From NCBI GenBank assembly GCA_021772015.1, contig JAETNS010000006.1, positions 82,098 to 146,097 of the forward strand: DNA of 64,000 bases, given 5' to 3'. Below are positions 28,264-39,059 of this stretch, in pieces. This DNA comes from Prevotellaceae bacterium (GTDB taxonomy: Bacteria; Bacteroidota; Bacteroidia; Bacteroidales; Muribaculaceae). The position numbers and the translations under genes are program-made. Numbering within the stretch: the first letter of the stretch is position 1; every line of letters begins with the position of its first letter. Below the pieces are notes generated by a model, which saw only the letters and a program-made list of their open reading frames with translations, had not been told where the DNA came from and did no database searches.

Positions 28264-31071
28264 ATGACCGATCACGAGAATAATACCGAAAACAACGACT
28301 TTCCCCGCATAGAAGAGAAAGAGGTAAACGACACCACCCCGCCGGCAGCCGGTTCCAACGAGTTCATGGCAGCCGGGACTGGCACCTCCGGCAACAACGA
28401 AGGCTCCGCAAGAATGGAACTGACCGAGGAGATCGCCGAAGAGGAGGAAGCCGGGGCATTGCCTCCGACCATAGGGACGGAAGCATCACGACTGAGACTG
28501 GGAGGCATGTACCGCAACTGGTTTCTCGACTATGCCTCTTATGTAATCCTCGAGCGCGCCGTCCCCCATATCGACGACGGCCTTAAGCCTGTACAACGCC
28601 GTATACTCCACTCGATGAAGACGATAGATGACGGCCGATACAACAAGGTCGCCAACATCGTCGGCAACACGATGCAATACCATCCCCACGGCGACGCGTC
28701 GATCAAGGACGCGCTTGTGCAGTTGGGGCAGAAAGAGTTGCTGATCGACACGCAGGGAAACTGGGGAAACATCCTGACCGGGGATGACGCGGCAGCCGGA
28801 CGTTACATCGAGGCGCGGCTGTCTCCTTTCGCCCTCGAAGCACTTTACAACGCTAAGATCACCGACTGGGTGCCCTCGTATGACGGGCGCAAACAGGAGC
28901 CGGTGACGTTGCCGGTCAAATTCCCCCTCCTTCTCTTCCAAGGGGTCGAAGGTATCGCCGTCGGACTGTCATCCAAGATCCTTCCCCACAACTTCAACGA
29001 GATCCTTGACTCGGCGATCGCCTACCTGCAAGGACGCGAGTTCACATTGCTGCCCGATTTCCCGACAGGGGGATTCATTGATGTGGCCCGTTACAACGAC
29101 GGGGAGCGGGGAGGTTCTGTACGTGTCAGGGCGAAGATCGAGAAGATAGACAACACCACTCTGGCCGTCACCGAGATCCCTTACGGGAAAACAACCCGGA
29201 CCGTCATAGAGTCGATACTGAAGGCATACGAGAAAGGGAAAATAAAGATCCGAAAGGTCGACGACAACACCTCTGACACAGCCCGCATACTGGTCCACCT
29301 CCAGCCCGGCACCTCCTCCGACAAGGCCATAGACGCGCTATACGCCTTCACCGACTGCGAGGTCGCCATCTCCCCCAACTGCTGCGTGATCGACAACCGG
29401 AAGCCTGTGTTCCTGACTGTCAGCGACCTGTTGCGCCACAGCGCGGAGCGAACCCGCGACCTGCTGCGGCGCGAGCTTGAGATCAAACTCGGCGAGGTCA
29501 GCGAACAGCTTCATTTCGCCTCGCTGGAACGTATTTTCATCGAGGAGCGGATATACAAGGACAAGGAGTTCGAGCAGGGAGAGACGATGGAAGCTGTTGT
29601 CGGCCATGTCCATAAGAGGCTACTGCCGTTCCTGCCCAAGCTTGTCCGCGAGGTGACCGACGACGATGTACTGCGGCTGATGGAGATCAAGATGAAACGC
29701 ATCCTGAAATTCTCCGCCCGCGAGGCTGACAGGGTGATCGCCCTCTACAACGAGCGCATCGCCGAGATCAAGGGGCATCTCGACCATCTGACCGACTACA
29801 CCGTCGACTGGTTCCTGTCGCTGAAAGAGAAATACGGCGCGGCCTTCCCGCGCCGCACCGTCGTCCGCGCCTTTGACAACATCGAGGCATCCCGCGTGGC
29901 GGAGGCCAACGAGAAACTCTATTTCAACCGCGACGAGGGCTTCATAGGTATGTCGCTCAAGAAAGATGAGATGCTGTTCAGCTGCTCGGTCCTCGACGAG
30001 GTCATAATCTTCTATAACGATGGCCGCTACAAGGTCGTGAGGGTCGCCGACAAGCTATTCATCGGCAAGAATGTCAGACATATCGGCTTGTTCGACAAAA
30101 AGGATGACCGGATGGTCTACAATGTGATATATCAGGATGGGCGCGGAGGCACATATTACATGAAGCGCTTCAAAGTCACCGGCGTGACCCGCGACAAGGA
30201 ATACAACCTCACCCGTGGCACCGCCGGAAGCCGCATCGCCTGGTTCTCGGCCAATCCCAACGGCGAGGCCGAAGTCGTGAAAGTCACCTTGAAGCCGAAG
30301 CCGAGGCTGACCCGCCTGCAATTCGACGTGGATTTCTCGGAACTCGCCATCAAGGGGAAACAGAGCCTGGGCAATATCGTCACCCGAAACGAAGTGCACC
30401 GCTTCTCCCTGAAAGAAAAAGGGACCTCGACCCTCGGCGGACGCGAGGTCTGGTTTGACCGCGATGTCCTGCGCCTCAACTATGACGGACGCGGCGAACT
30501 GCTCGGAGAGTTCTTCGGCGAGGACAAGGTGTTGGTTGTCACCCGGCAGGGTGAATATTACCTCACCTCGTTCGACGCGACCAACCATTACGACCATGTC
30601 GACATATTACGCATCGAGAAACATCGCCCCAACCATATATGGACGGCGGTATTGTTCGATGCCGACCAAGGATATCCATATCTCAAACGGTTCACATTCG
30701 AGCCGACAGCCAAAAGGCAACGGTTTATCGGCGAGAATCCGAAATCGCAGCTGATATTGCTGACCGACACTCCCGGAGCGTGTTTCAACATGACATTCGC
30801 CGGAGCCGACAGTCACCGCGAACCTGTAGATATAGACTCCGTGGAATTTATCGCCGTCAAATCGTTCAAAGCCAAAGGGAAACGTCTGACGACATTCAAG
30901 CTCGGCCAGATAACCGAGATCGAACCGCGCCCCGACGCAGAGCCGAATATCGAAGTACCGGAGAATGACGGTCCTGATGACGGCTCAACCCCTGACCCCG
31001 TCTCCACCGAGCCGGAGATGAGCGACGAGGAGCTGCGCGACTCGATAATCGGCCAGGAACGCCTGTTCTAA
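28264..31071 (+). CDS. parC: DNA topoisomerase IV / gyrase-family subunit A
   Basis: 'DGLKPVQRRIL', 'YHPHGD', 'AAAGRYIE' (catalytic Tyr). The Bacteroidetes ParC-type C-terminus supports parC over gyrA. Confidence 0.85.
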   Translation: MTDHENNTENNDFPRIEEKEVNDTTPPAAGSNEFMAAGTGTSGNNEGSARMELTEEIAEEEEAGALPPTIGTEASRLRLGGMYRNWFLDYASYVILERAVPHIDDGLKPVQRRILHSMKTIDDGRYNKVANIVGNTMQYHPHGDASIKDALVQLGQKELLIDTQGNWGNILTGDDAAAGRYIEARLSPFALEALYNAKITDWVPSYDGRKQEPVTLPVKFPLLLFQGVEGIAVGLSSKILPHNFNEILDSAIAYLQGREFTLLPDFPTGGFIDVARYNDGERGGSVRVRAKIEKIDNTTLAVTEIPYGKTTRTVIESILKAYEKGKIKIRKVDDNTSDTARILVHLQPGTSSDKAIDALYAFTDCEVAISPNCCVIDNRKPVFLTVSDLLRHSAERTRDLLRRELEIKLGEVSEQLHFASLERIFIEERIYKDKEFEQGETMEAVVGHVHKRLLPFLPKLVREVTDDDVLRLMEIKMKRILKFSAREADRVIALYNERIAEIKGHLDHLTDYTVDWFLSLKEKYGAAFPRRTVVRAFDNIEASRVAEANEKLYFNRDEGFIGMSLKKDEMLFSCSVLDEVIIFYNDGRYKVVRVADKLFIGKNVRHIGLFDKKDDRMVYNVIYQDGRGGTYYMKRFKVTGVTRDKEYNLTRGTAGSRIAWFSANPNGEAEVVKVTLKPKPRLTRLQFDVDFSELAIKGKQSLGNIVTRNEVHRFSLKEKGTSTLGGREVWFDRDVLRLNYDGRGELLGEFFGEDKVLVVTRQGEYYLTSFDATNHYDHVDILRIEKHRPNHIWTAVLFDADQGYPYLKRFTFEPTAKRQRFIGENPKSQLILLTDTPGACFNMTFAGADSHREPVDIDSVEFIAVKSFKAKGKRLTTFKLGQITEIEPRPDAEPNIEVPENDGPDDGSTPDPVSTEPEMSDEELRDSIIGQERLF

Positions 31072-31183
31072 GTGACAATATTTTATCATTTACCCCTCCA
31101 AATCCGCCACAACCGCTCAAATGTTAGCACTTAACATTTATGTGCTTGCCACCACCCGTCCAATGGATTGATAGAAAAATTCA

Positions 31184-32029
31184 ATGATGATCAGAAATGT
31201 GATGATATTACTGGCGGCGGTGCTGCCGTGGGCCATAAAGGCCGGCGGGGAGGAGCCGTTGCGGCCTGTAAGGTCGGCGTTCATGGTCGACGCGGGCAGT
31301 TCGCATATGCTCGACACCTATCTGTCTCCGCTGAAATACACCGGCTGGCACGCGGCGTTCAACTACGAACGCGTCCAGGCGATGAAATTCTCCCCCGAAA
31401 AATGGAGACAGCAGCTTGATCTCGGAGTCGAGATCAACAGCGGCGACAATCAGGCCCGCAACGCGACATTGCTTTACGGCAACATATCCGCGTGCTGGAC
31501 GATGAGCCGGATGTGGAGACTGCCTCACCGACTCCGCGCGACTATCGGGGGAAATGTTTCCGGCAACCTCGGGGGTATATACAACGCCCGCAACAGCAAC
31601 AACCCGGCTGCAATCAAAGCTGACATCTCAATCGGAGCGACAGCCTCCCTGGGGTGGGATGTCAGGTTGTGGAAGCTGCCGATCAACCTGCGGTGGCAGA
31701 CATCGTTGCCTTTGTCAGGAGTCTTCTTTTCCCCGGAATATGACGAGCTTTACTACGAGATATACCTTGGCAACCATCATGGGCTGGCCCATTTCGGCTG
31801 GCCCGGCAACATGTTCAGGTGGGACAATCTCGTGACCGCCGACCTCGGGCTGGGGAACACCTCCCTGCGGATTGGCTTCCGCTCACGCATCTATTCCACC
31901 GAAGTGAACCATATCACCACCCGTAACTTCTCGTATGCCTTTGTACTGGGGGTGGTGACCGACTGGCTGTCGGTCAGTCCGCGCCACCGGCTCACGTCAG
32001 GCAACAATAACGTCGAGTGGGCATACTGA
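31184..32029 (+). CDS. DUF3316-like outer-membrane beta-barrel protein
   Basis: 'DTYLSPLKYTG' and 'YYEIYLGN', alternating beta-strand pattern, upstream of an S41 lipoprotein. Confidence 0.7.
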   Translation: MMIRNVMILLAAVLPWAIKAGGEEPLRPVRSAFMVDAGSSHMLDTYLSPLKYTGWHAAFNYERVQAMKFSPEKWRQQLDLGVEINSGDNQARNATLLYGNISACWTMSRMWRLPHRLRATIGGNVSGNLGGIYNARNSNNPAAIKADISIGATASLGWDVRLWKLPINLRWQTSLPLSGVFFSPEYDELYYEIYLGNHHGLAHFGWPGNMFRWDNLVTADLGLGNTSLRIGFRSRIYSTEVNHITTRNFSYAFVLGVVTDWLSVSPRHRLTSGNNNVEWAY

Positions 32030-32054
32030 GATTACATACAAACATATTTTTGCC

Positions 32055-33083
32055 GTGAACCTAAAGACACCACAATATCTTATCGGCCTTGTCGCCGCCA
32101 TGCTTCTCCCCTTCATGACATCATGCCATGATGTGGAGCAATATCCCGATGACCCGGTGGGGAACTTCGAGCAACTGTGGACGATTCTCGACGAACACTA
32201 TTGCTTCTTCGCCTATAAAGACATCGACTGGAATGAGATACATAGCCGTTACCGTCAGCAAGTCAATCCGCAGATGAGCCGCGAGGAGCTGTTTGATGTA
32301 TGCGCGCGGATGCTCGACGAGCTGCGCGACGGCCACACCAACCTGTCGGCTCCGTTCAACACCTCCTACTACCGCAAATGGTGGAGCGACTATCCCCAGA
32401 ATTACCAGGCGCGTGTGATCGAGGAGTATTACTTCAACTTCAATTACCGCCAGACAGGAGGAATCACATATGGTATCCTTCCCCAGAATATCGGCTACAT
32501 GCACTACTCCAGTTTCGCATACGGAATAGGAGAGGGAAACCTCGACACGGTTCTGGCATATCTCGCGACAACCGACGGACTGGTGATAGATGTCCGCGAC
32601 AACGGCGGCGGATCGATGACCAACGTGGAGACTCTCGTAGCCCGGTTCACCCCCGTCAGGATCCTCGCAGGCACTATCTGCCACAAGAACGGGCCGGGTC
32701 ATGACGATTTCTCCGAGCCATACCCCTACTATTATAATCCGGCAGAAGATGGTCGTATAATGTGGGGCAAACCGGTGGCCGTACTGACCAACCGCTCCAC
32801 ATTCTCGGCGGCCAACAACTTCGTCTCCATAATGAAGACCCTCCCCAATGTGACAATAGTCGGGGCGACCACAGGGGGCGGCTCCGGAATGCCTTTCTCC
32901 GCCGAGCTGCCCAACGGCTGGGGGATACGCTTCTCCTCCTCCCCTATCCGTGATCCCCAAGGCAACCTGACCGAATTCGGGGTCACCCCCACCGACGGTT
33001 GCGCCGTCGACATGGATCCCCTGGCCGCCATCGACGGCCACGACACCATGCTCGACTTCGCCGTTTCCCGCCTTCTCCACTAA
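32055..33083 (+). CDS. S41 family peptidase lipoprotein
   Basis: Lipobox 'MTSC', 'IDVRDNGGG', 'TFSAAN', 'GATTGGGSG'. Confidence 0.88.
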   Translation: MNLKTPQYLIGLVAAMLLPFMTSCHDVEQYPDDPVGNFEQLWTILDEHYCFFAYKDIDWNEIHSRYRQQVNPQMSREELFDVCARMLDELRDGHTNLSAPFNTSYYRKWWSDYPQNYQARVIEEYYFNFNYRQTGGITYGILPQNIGYMHYSSFAYGIGEGNLDTVLAYLATTDGLVIDVRDNGGGSMTNVETLVARFTPVRILAGTICHKNGPGHDDFSEPYPYYYNPAEDGRIMWGKPVAVLTNRSTFSAANNFVSIMKTLPNVTIVGATTGGGSGMPFSAELPNGWGIRFSSSPIRDPQGNLTEFGVTPTDGCAVDMDPLAAIDGHDTMLDFAVSRLLH

Positions 33084-33112
33084 ACTCTGTGTCTCCAATA
33101 TTTTGGAATCAT

Positions 33113-34033
33113 ATGCCTAAAACTAACAAAAAATCAATATCAAAATATCTCGACAAAGTTATCGAAGCCGACTGTCTTGACGTGCTTCCCTTATTGCCTG
33201 ACAAGTCTATAGACATGATCCTTTGTGACTTGCCGTATGGCACAACCCAGAACAAATGGGATTCGGTGATCGATCTCGAAAAACTTTGGGAGCAATACAA
33301 GCGGATCATCAAAGACAATGGAGCTATCGTGCTCACATCACAGGGACTGTTCACAGCCAAACTTATATTGAGCAACGAGGAATGGTTCAAATACAAGATC
33401 GTCTGGATCAAGTCCAAATCAACCAATTTCCTTAACGCCAAGAAACAACCCCTTAGAAAGCATGAGGACATCTGCGTGTTCTACCAGGCTCAGCCGACCT
33501 ATCATCCCCAGATGTCGGAGGGGGAAAGCTACGACAAAGGAATACGCAAGGACCAGAACACCGGCAGTTACGGGGAGTTCAAACCCCGCCATGTCAAAAG
33601 CGACGGCATGAGATATCCCAACGACATCATATGTTATGATGATGACGACTGCCGGGAAGATTTCATTTACTGCAAGACCGCTGAATCGGAGGGAGAAGTA
33701 TTCCATCCCACCCAGAAACCGATCGAACTCGGCAGGTATCTGATAAGGACATTCTCGGATCCCGGCGAGGTGATACTCGACAATGCCTGTGGCAGCGGAA
33801 GCTTTCTTGTGGCCGCCGCTATGGAAGGGAGGCGTTACATCGGTATTGAAAAGAACCAAGGAGCGATGTTACATAAGGTCAAGACAACAGATTATGTAAA
33901 AGTCTGCAAGAAACGTCTGGCAGCTCTGCGTAAAGCTGTAAGAAAGAAAAACAAAGACAATCAAGCTATGGCTGCAGCCATCCCCGGCCAGGAATTTGGC
34001 GGATTATTCACCGAACCGGCTTTGAACAAATGA
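33113..34033 (+). CDS. Site-specific DNA methyltransferase (N4/N6, beta-class order)
   Basis: Catalytic 'DLPYG' near the N-terminus, 'HPTQKP', and SAM-binding 'LDNACGSGS' near the C-terminus. Confidence 0.9.
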   Translation: MPKTNKKSISKYLDKVIEADCLDVLPLLPDKSIDMILCDLPYGTTQNKWDSVIDLEKLWEQYKRIIKDNGAIVLTSQGLFTAKLILSNEEWFKYKIVWIKSKSTNFLNAKKQPLRKHEDICVFYQAQPTYHPQMSEGESYDKGIRKDQNTGSYGEFKPRHVKSDGMRYPNDIICYDDDDCREDFIYCKTAESEGEVFHPTQKPIELGRYLIRTFSDPGEVILDNACGSGSFLVAAAMEGRRYIGIEKNQGAMLHKVKTTDYVKVCKKRLAALRKAVRKKNKDNQAMAAAIPGQEFGGLFTEPALNK

Positions 34034-36939
34034 CTGCTTATACCATCAGACGCAACGAAAGAGACTGGGCCGGACAGCTTGTCAGCTGGTTAAGAGAAGC
34101 GATATGCGGGGGCCAGACAGTCTTTGAGGATGTCACGAATGACTCAAGCCTGTCTGTGAAAAACGGCAATACGAAATTTCCCGACATACTGCTTTTCACA
34201 GACAAAGTATCGGGAATAGTGTTCAACGGATGGGAGCTGAAATTCCCTGACACATCGGTAGATAATGTTGACATGCTTGTCAACGCCCTTGAAAAAGCCC
34301 GGCGACTGCAATCATTGTCATTCGTGACATGGAATGGATCCGAGGCCATGATATGGAGGATCGACAAGGATAATTATTCATTGGATACTTTGTCGCGGAT
34401 AAAGCATTATCCGCCGCTGCCGACAGTCAGCACACGGGATGACCTGGCTGATCCGGCGAAATATGCACGGAATGAACCTCTGCTGAAAAAACGGGCACTT
34501 GAAATACTTCATGATCTTGACCAGCTGTGTCGCGACGGCTATTTGCGTCCGGCCATCAACGTGTCAGAGAACATCATCGAGGCCATAAGGACTGCCTACA
34601 GGATCATTGTCCCACAGTTGACGGTGGTCTTGAAAGACAGATGCGGCATAGACGCGGACTTCCGCTCGGCGTTCAACCAATGGAAGATCTATGAGAATTC
34701 GACATTGAAGATACTCGGCTCTTCTTCCCACAGGGCTGAGTCCGTGGATCCTTACGAAGTGCTTGCGCAATTCACATTTTACAATCTTATCGGCAAGACA
34801 TTGTTCTACCTCACTCTTGCCGAAAACCTATGCGGAGAGCTGCCGCCGTTAGAGATAAAGAGCGACAATCCATGCCGGGAGCTGGCATCTTATTTCGACA
34901 AAGCCGGCAGTATCGACTATCAAGCGGTATTCAAGCCATATTTCACCGATGACATAGAGTTTTCAACCGTCGCCAACGACGCGCTGCAAGAACTGGTGAC
35001 ATCACTGACAGATTTCGATTTCAAGCTTCTGCCGGGGGATGTCGTCGGCAACATACTGTCAAATTCAGTCCCGGACGAAGACAAGCAGAAATTCGGCCAA
35101 TACTTCACCTCCGAACTATTGGCAGACCTTGTGGCATTCCCTGCGGTCTCAACCCGTCAATCCACCTTGTTCGACCCGACATCAGGGACAGGATCATTTC
35201 TGAATTCCTTCTATAAAATTCTGAGTTACTTCGGCAACAGGAGTCATATTGACAAACTAAGCCGGATATGGGGAAATGACATTTCACATTTTCCCGCAAT
35301 ACTGTCAGTGATAAACCTGTATAAAGAGGATGTCAGACAGGTAAACAATTTCCCACGAGTGACAAGAGATGATTTCTTCAATCTCAACGTCGGCGACACG
35401 CTGGTCTTCCCTGACCCACATGACCACACAAAAGCGATCGACGCGCAAATTCCTGAATTTGACGGTATCGCCAGCAACTTTCCATTCATCCAGCAAGAAG
35501 ATATTCCAAACGAGAAGCTGTCAGCCCTTTTCAGACAACACTTCCGGGAGCGACAGGCGGCTTTTCTGAAAGACAGGAAATTCAAAATAAACGAGCGGTC
35601 GGATTATTTCACATACTGCCTTTACAATTCGGCCAGATTCATAAAAGAAGGAGGCATTATAAGCGTGATCACCTCAAATGCCTGGTTGGGGAAAGATTAC
35701 GGACAACAATTCAAGAAATTCCTTCTTGACAATTTCCATGTCAAATACATTGTCAGGAGCAAAGCCGAACATTGGTTCAAGGACTCTCAGGTATCAACCA
35801 TATACCTGGTCCTGAAAAAAAAGCCATCCGATGATCCGACGCGGTTTGTAACATTGAACTTCAAGTTGTCGGAATATTTCAAAGAGAAAGACACTGACGG
35901 CAGGCTCGCATTGATCGAAGATCTGTATTCAGAGATAGACAACTGCGATAATCCTGCAAACGGCTCATGGAGGAAAGATCCTGTTTTTGACGGACTGTAT
36001 GTCTCTAAGGAGAAGACCGTCAGCGTGGCGGTAGTTTCCAAAAAGAGATTGACAGGCAGTCTGGCGGAGTCACTTAACTGGTCGCAGTTTTTCATATCAC
36101 CCGACATGTTCGGACCTCTCGAGAGCATGCTTGTCCGGTATGAAGGAAAGGTGGCTGATATCATCAGAGGAGAACGCACCGGCTGGAATCCGATGTTTGT
36201 CATTCCATGCAGTGATACTGAAAAATCAAGGATAAACCGAGAGTGGCTTTTCCCATACATAAAGAGCCCGTCTGAACTTCATAGCATCGAATTCCCCGAA
36301 AGATACAAATTCAATGCCTTCATATGTGACAAACCGCTTGACTTGCTCGATCCGGGAACGAGGGATTGGATAGAACGATTCAGAACACAGAAAAACAAGA
36401 ATGGCTCCAAGACAATCGCTGTGGCATGCGGGTCACACAAGCCATTCTGGTATTCGCTATCTCCCAAATCGGCCGACATAGTGACCTCCGTCAATCCATA
36501 CGAGAGGCTGTTCTTCTCTTATTCCAACACCCCTTTCATGTTTGACCAACGATTGATCGGGATGCAAGTAAAGGAGGGATATGATGTCGAACTGATCGCC
36601 GCGCTTCTTAATTCGGCCATATCCATGCTCATCCTGGAGACGAGAGGGACTCCAAGAAATCTCGGAGCTTTGGATTTGAATGCGAATTATTTGCCAAAAC
36701 TCCGTTGGCCGAATCCGGATTTGCTTGACGAAAAAGCCCGTAAAGATATCATACAGGCGTTCCAACCATTGAAAAAGAGGAAAATAAAATCCATTTTGGA
36801 AGAGATCAGGCAACCTGACCGCATAAGTTTTGACAAGGCGGTCATGAATGCTTTCAACCTTGATGGATCCCTGCTACACACCATATATGGATTGCTATCT
36901 AATTTTGTCTCCGAACGTGTTTCGATGAAAAACAGATAG
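34030..36939 (+). CDS. Type IIG-like fused restriction endonuclease-methyltransferase
   Basis: N-terminal 'FPDILL...GWELK' PD-(D/E)XK, then 'GQYFT', 'FDPTSGTGSF' and 'ASNFPF' (NPP(Y/F) variant). The start overlaps the upstream MTase stop (ATGA). Confidence 0.8.
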   Translation: MTAYTIRRNERDWAGQLVSWLREAICGGQTVFEDVTNDSSLSVKNGNTKFPDILLFTDKVSGIVFNGWELKFPDTSVDNVDMLVNALEKARRLQSLSFVTWNGSEAMIWRIDKDNYSLDTLSRIKHYPPLPTVSTRDDLADPAKYARNEPLLKKRALEILHDLDQLCRDGYLRPAINVSENIIEAIRTAYRIIVPQLTVVLKDRCGIDADFRSAFNQWKIYENSTLKILGSSSHRAESVDPYEVLAQFTFYNLIGKTLFYLTLAENLCGELPPLEIKSDNPCRELASYFDKAGSIDYQAVFKPYFTDDIEFSTVANDALQELVTSLTDFDFKLLPGDVVGNILSNSVPDEDKQKFGQYFTSELLADLVAFPAVSTRQSTLFDPTSGTGSFLNSFYKILSYFGNRSHIDKLSRIWGNDISHFPAILSVINLYKEDVRQVNNFPRVTRDDFFNLNVGDTLVFPDPHDHTKAIDAQIPEFDGIASNFPFIQQEDIPNEKLSALFRQHFRERQAAFLKDRKFKINERSDYFTYCLYNSARFIKEGGIISVITSNAWLGKDYGQQFKKFLLDNFHVKYIVRSKAEHWFKDSQVSTIYLVLKKKPSDDPTRFVTLNFKLSEYFKEKDTDGRLALIEDLYSEIDNCDNPANGSWRKDPVFDGLYVSKEKTVSVAVVSKKRLTGSLAESLNWSQFFISPDMFGPLESMLVRYEGKVADIIRGERTGWNPMFVIPCSDTEKSRINREWLFPYIKSPSELHSIEFPERYKFNAFICDKPLDLLDPGTRDWIERFRTQKNKNGSKTIAVACGSHKPFWYSLSPKSADIVTSVNPYERLFFSYSNTPFMFDQRLIGMQVKEGYDVELIAALLNSAISMLILETRGTPRNLGALDLNANYLPKLRWPNPDLLDEKARKDIIQAFQPLKKRKIKSILEEIRQPDRISFDKAVMNAFNLDGSLLHTIYGLLSNFVSERVSMKNR

Positions 36940-36979
36940 ACTATCCCTCACATAACGACTAACCACTAAGAGGACAACC

Positions 36980-38161
36980 ATGAGATATCTGTCATTTGTA
37001 TGGAAGATGATTGTGATTCCGGCGATTGTCGCCGGGATGGCCGGATGCAACGGGCATGGAGGAGAGAGCCATGCTGACGGAGAGAATGTGTTTGAGGAGG
37101 CTGTGTTCATCAAGGGGATGCCTGACGGAGAGGACCGGCTGGAGATCGTGGTCAGGAATCCCTGGGACTCCACCGGGATCCTCGCCGACTACATGCTGGT
37201 CAATGGAGGCGTTGCAAAGGATGATGAACGCGAGGGGGAATTGGCTGATAAAGAGAATAGGGAGAATAGTAACAAGATACGGTTGGAGCTGCCGCTGAAA
37301 CGGTTGATCGTGTATTCATCGGTACATGCGGCGTTGCTGGCCGAACTTGGTTATGCCGACGCGATTGCAGGGGTGGCGGATGCCGCATACATCAAGACTC
37401 CTGAAATCGTCGACAGGCTGAAAGACGGAAGAATAACAGACATCGGATCCTCGATGGAGCCTTCTCTGGAAAAAATCATCTCCCTGGATCCTGACGCGAT
37501 CCTGATCTCCCCCTACCAGAACGCCGGTCACGGGGTGGTTGACAAAGCCGGGATACCTGTGATCGAATGCGCCGACTATATGGAGACCACTCCCCTGGGA
37601 CGCGCCGAATGGTCGAAGTTCTACGCGATGCTGGTAGAGGGGATCGCTCCGTCAAACGGCCGCATCTTCGAGCAGTCGCGGGAGCGTTATAATCTTTTGG
37701 CAAAAAAGGCGCAGACTTACTCTGACAAGCCCAAAGTCGTGACGGAGTGGCAGAGCAACGGCAACTGGCTTATGCCGGGAGGGCGCAGCTATGCCGGTCA
37801 GCTCCTTGTGGACGCGGGGGCGACATATCCTTTTGCGGACAACAAGTCGCCCGGCTCTATCCCCATGAATTACGAGAAAGCTTTCATGGCCGCTCAAGAC
37901 GCTGATTTCTGGCTGTTGAAGAGCTTCGGCGAGGAATTGACGCTGGAGGATGTCGCCAGGAACCATCCTCTGAACAGACGGATATGGGCATACAGCAACG
38001 GGGGGATCTATTATGCCAACACGGCGACAACCGATCTGTTTGAGGAGACCCCGTTTCATCCCGACCTACTGTTGGCAGACTATGTGACCATTTTCCATCA
38101 GACAGGCGATTCCTTGCGTTACTATACGCCGGTCAGGCCGCAAGCTGCTGAAAACAAATAG
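36980..38161 (+). CDS. ABC transporter substrate-binding lipoprotein (iron-siderophore/cobalamin type)
   Basis: Lipobox 'MAGC', 'EKIISLDPDAILISP', 'YMETTPLGRAEW', 'HPDLLLAD'. Confidence 0.85.
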   Translation: MRYLSFVWKMIVIPAIVAGMAGCNGHGGESHADGENVFEEAVFIKGMPDGEDRLEIVVRNPWDSTGILADYMLVNGGVAKDDEREGELADKENRENSNKIRLELPLKRLIVYSSVHAALLAELGYADAIAGVADAAYIKTPEIVDRLKDGRITDIGSSMEPSLEKIISLDPDAILISPYQNAGHGVVDKAGIPVIECADYMETTPLGRAEWSKFYAMLVEGIAPSNGRIFEQSRERYNLLAKKAQTYSDKPKVVTEWQSNGNWLMPGGRSYAGQLLVDAGATYPFADNKSPGSIPMNYEKAFMAAQDADFWLLKSFGEELTLEDVARNHPLNRRIWAYSNGGIYYANTATTDLFEETPFHPDLLLADYVTIFHQTGDSLRYYTPVRPQAAENK

Positions 38162-38285
38162 CATACCCGATAAGAGCCGGCATGAAGGATTGACAAAGTA
38201 ACAATCTATCATACGTATTGCCATTGCAAGGGGTTAACTTTGCATTGTGATCAACGTCACATGCAACTGTCAACCCCTTGTCTCT

Positions 38286-39011
38286 ATGAAACCCACACGT
38301 CCGATTTTCCCAAAATGGCAACTTCCGCGAAAAATACGCCGCCGACTGCTAAGGCTTCTGAAAAGATGCCGCAAGGCAGCCGTCAGGATGCTCCTGACCT
38401 ATCTCTCCACCAAAAGCATGATAAACACTTTATTAGGGCTACGCCCCGCAATCCATAATTTCAATACTATGACAACCATGACAACCCCTCAGACAACAAC
38501 ATCCCCCGCAATCACCACCGGTCCGGCCAACGCTGACAAACATCTGGCCATCATCCGTTCGCTTGACTCCATCCCGGAGAGGAGCTATAAAAGTTCACGG
38601 CCCATAAATGAGATCATCCTGCACTGCTCCGCGACCAAGGAGGGGAAAGACTTCAACGCCGCCGACATAAGGCGATGGCATCTGCAAAGAGGTTTCAACG
38701 ACATCGGCTACCATTTCGTTGTCCGGCTCGACGGGACTGTCGAGAAGGGCCGCGACATCGACCGCGTCGGGGCGCATTGCCTCAACCACAACCGCCGTTC
38801 GATAGGCATTTGTTACATCGGCGGCCTCGATTCAACAGGGCAGCCGGCCGACACCCGCACCGCCGCCCAACGCCTTGCCCTTCCGGCCCTCATACGCCGT
38901 CTGCGACGACACCATCCATCGGCTACCATACATGGCCACCGGGAGTTCGCGGCCAAAGCATGTCCGTGTTTCAACGCATCGGAATACGCCACCCTCCCAC
39001 CATCCGATTGA
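38286..39011 (+). CDS. N-acetylmuramoyl-L-alanine amidase (T7-lysozyme/Amidase_2 type); start uncertain (38286 or 38469)
   Basis: 'IILHCSAT', 'DIGYHF', 'GAHC', 'SIGICYIGG', 'GHREFAAKACPCF' Zn-amidase motifs. Confidence 0.85.
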   Translation: MKPTRPIFPKWQLPRKIRRRLLRLLKRCRKAAVRMLLTYLSTKSMINTLLGLRPAIHNFNTMTTMTTPQTTTSPAITTGPANADKHLAIIRSLDSIPERSYKSSRPINEIILHCSATKEGKDFNAADIRRWHLQRGFNDIGYHFVVRLDGTVEKGRDIDRVGAHCLNHNRRSIGICYIGGLDSTGQPADTRTAAQRLALPALIRRLRRHHPSATIHGHREFAAKACPCFNASEYATLPPSD

Positions 39012-39059
39012 CAATACCTTCTGAAACTCGAACATGTACTGATCAAAGAGCTTCTTTTT

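Noticed and set aside
32121-33098. 325-aa minus-strand ORF
   Set aside because: Antisense shadow of the S41 peptidase.
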